Source of the DNA: Peribolospora baueri | Lineage: Eukaryota | Assembly (NCBI GenBank): GCA_029717555.1 | Contig: JAMDHS010000061.1 | Span: 1 to 64,000, forward strand | DNA: 64,000 nucleotides | Direction: 5' to 3' | Part shown: positions 63,351-64,000 of the stretch, one piece after another | Numbering within the stretch: position 1 is the stretch's first letter | Layout: the number at the start of each line of letters is the position of its first letter | Made by a program: the position numbers and the translations under genes | The notes under the pieces: generated by a model | The model's database searches: none | What the model was told of the DNA's origin: nothing | Seen by the model: the letters and a program-made list of their open reading frames with translations, nothing else

Positions 63351-64000
63351 GGCACCATGGCGTCGCAAGGACTCTCAGATGCAGTCCGTCCCTGTTACTG
63401 AAGCCCATTCCATTCCGCTGTTTCTTGTCTTGCCGCCTCGCCGCCGGTTGGGATTTTTGTCGTTCAGCTTCCCTTACGTATCTGACCTATTTCGCTCCGT
63501 CCTTCGCCTTCCTCCCCCCCCCCCTCCCTCTTTTCTCCTACATTGCGGCTAATCATGTTAATGCTCCATTCCCTATGGCCATTCTAGCTTTAGCTTTCCC
63601 CCCTCAGGGTGGTCGCTCAGAGAGTATTTCGTTTCCGACATCCTTCCATGTCTTTTTTTTTCTGATGCTAGCTCCCGAGAACCCTTTGTCCACCTATCCG
63701 GTGCAATCAGCGGAACGGGTCTTGATGAAATAAGGATGGACTGGTATATTGCGAGCAAGAAAAGCAAAGAAGCGGGCGGGCGATGGAGATTACGAGGCTG
63801 CGTGCGACCGACGCCGAAACACATCCACCCATGTCAGACGGCACGGCACGGCTTGCGCCCCAGCGCGAACGTGGAAGGGGGCAAAACGCCGACTTGGGCT
63901 GGCGAATAGGGAGATAAGATGGGGCGAATTCGTTATGCGAAAGGATCAAACTCTCCCAAGTCGTTCTTCTCGCGTCCTCCTCCTCCACCTCCGGCACTGG

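Overview
Eukaryotic, intron-rich, GC-rich fungal DNA. The gene structures and protein sequences look basidiomycete. It holds about 19 apparently intact protein-coding genes, mostly housekeeping: an acidic repeat protein (5' end outside the window), an STL1-like MFS transporter, SDH5, a GH18 chitinase, an SH3-PX-BAR sorting nexin, SEN15 (absent from the ORF track), RNase H2A, SEH1, OPI1, PalA/RIM20, a hot-dog thioesterase, a SAM methyltransferase, an Eht1-like hydrolase, a PNRC/Edc1-motif protein, an aspartic protease, a PI-PLC-like GPI protein, MRE11, cyclin C and ERF2. There are two gene relics: a CMD/enol-lactonase fusion fragment and a delta-12-desaturase-like pseudogene. The most notable observations are (1) a possible decaying lipid-tailoring gene group at 33.6-41.7 kb, (2) a 94-bp-arm foldback hairpin between MRE11 and cyclin C, (3) a sugar porter whose canonical sugar-binding residues are replaced, and (4) several obligatory micro-exons in functional motifs. 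I recognised no tRNA, rRNA, CRISPR array or autonomous transposon. Exon boundaries were read by eye and no database searches were run.
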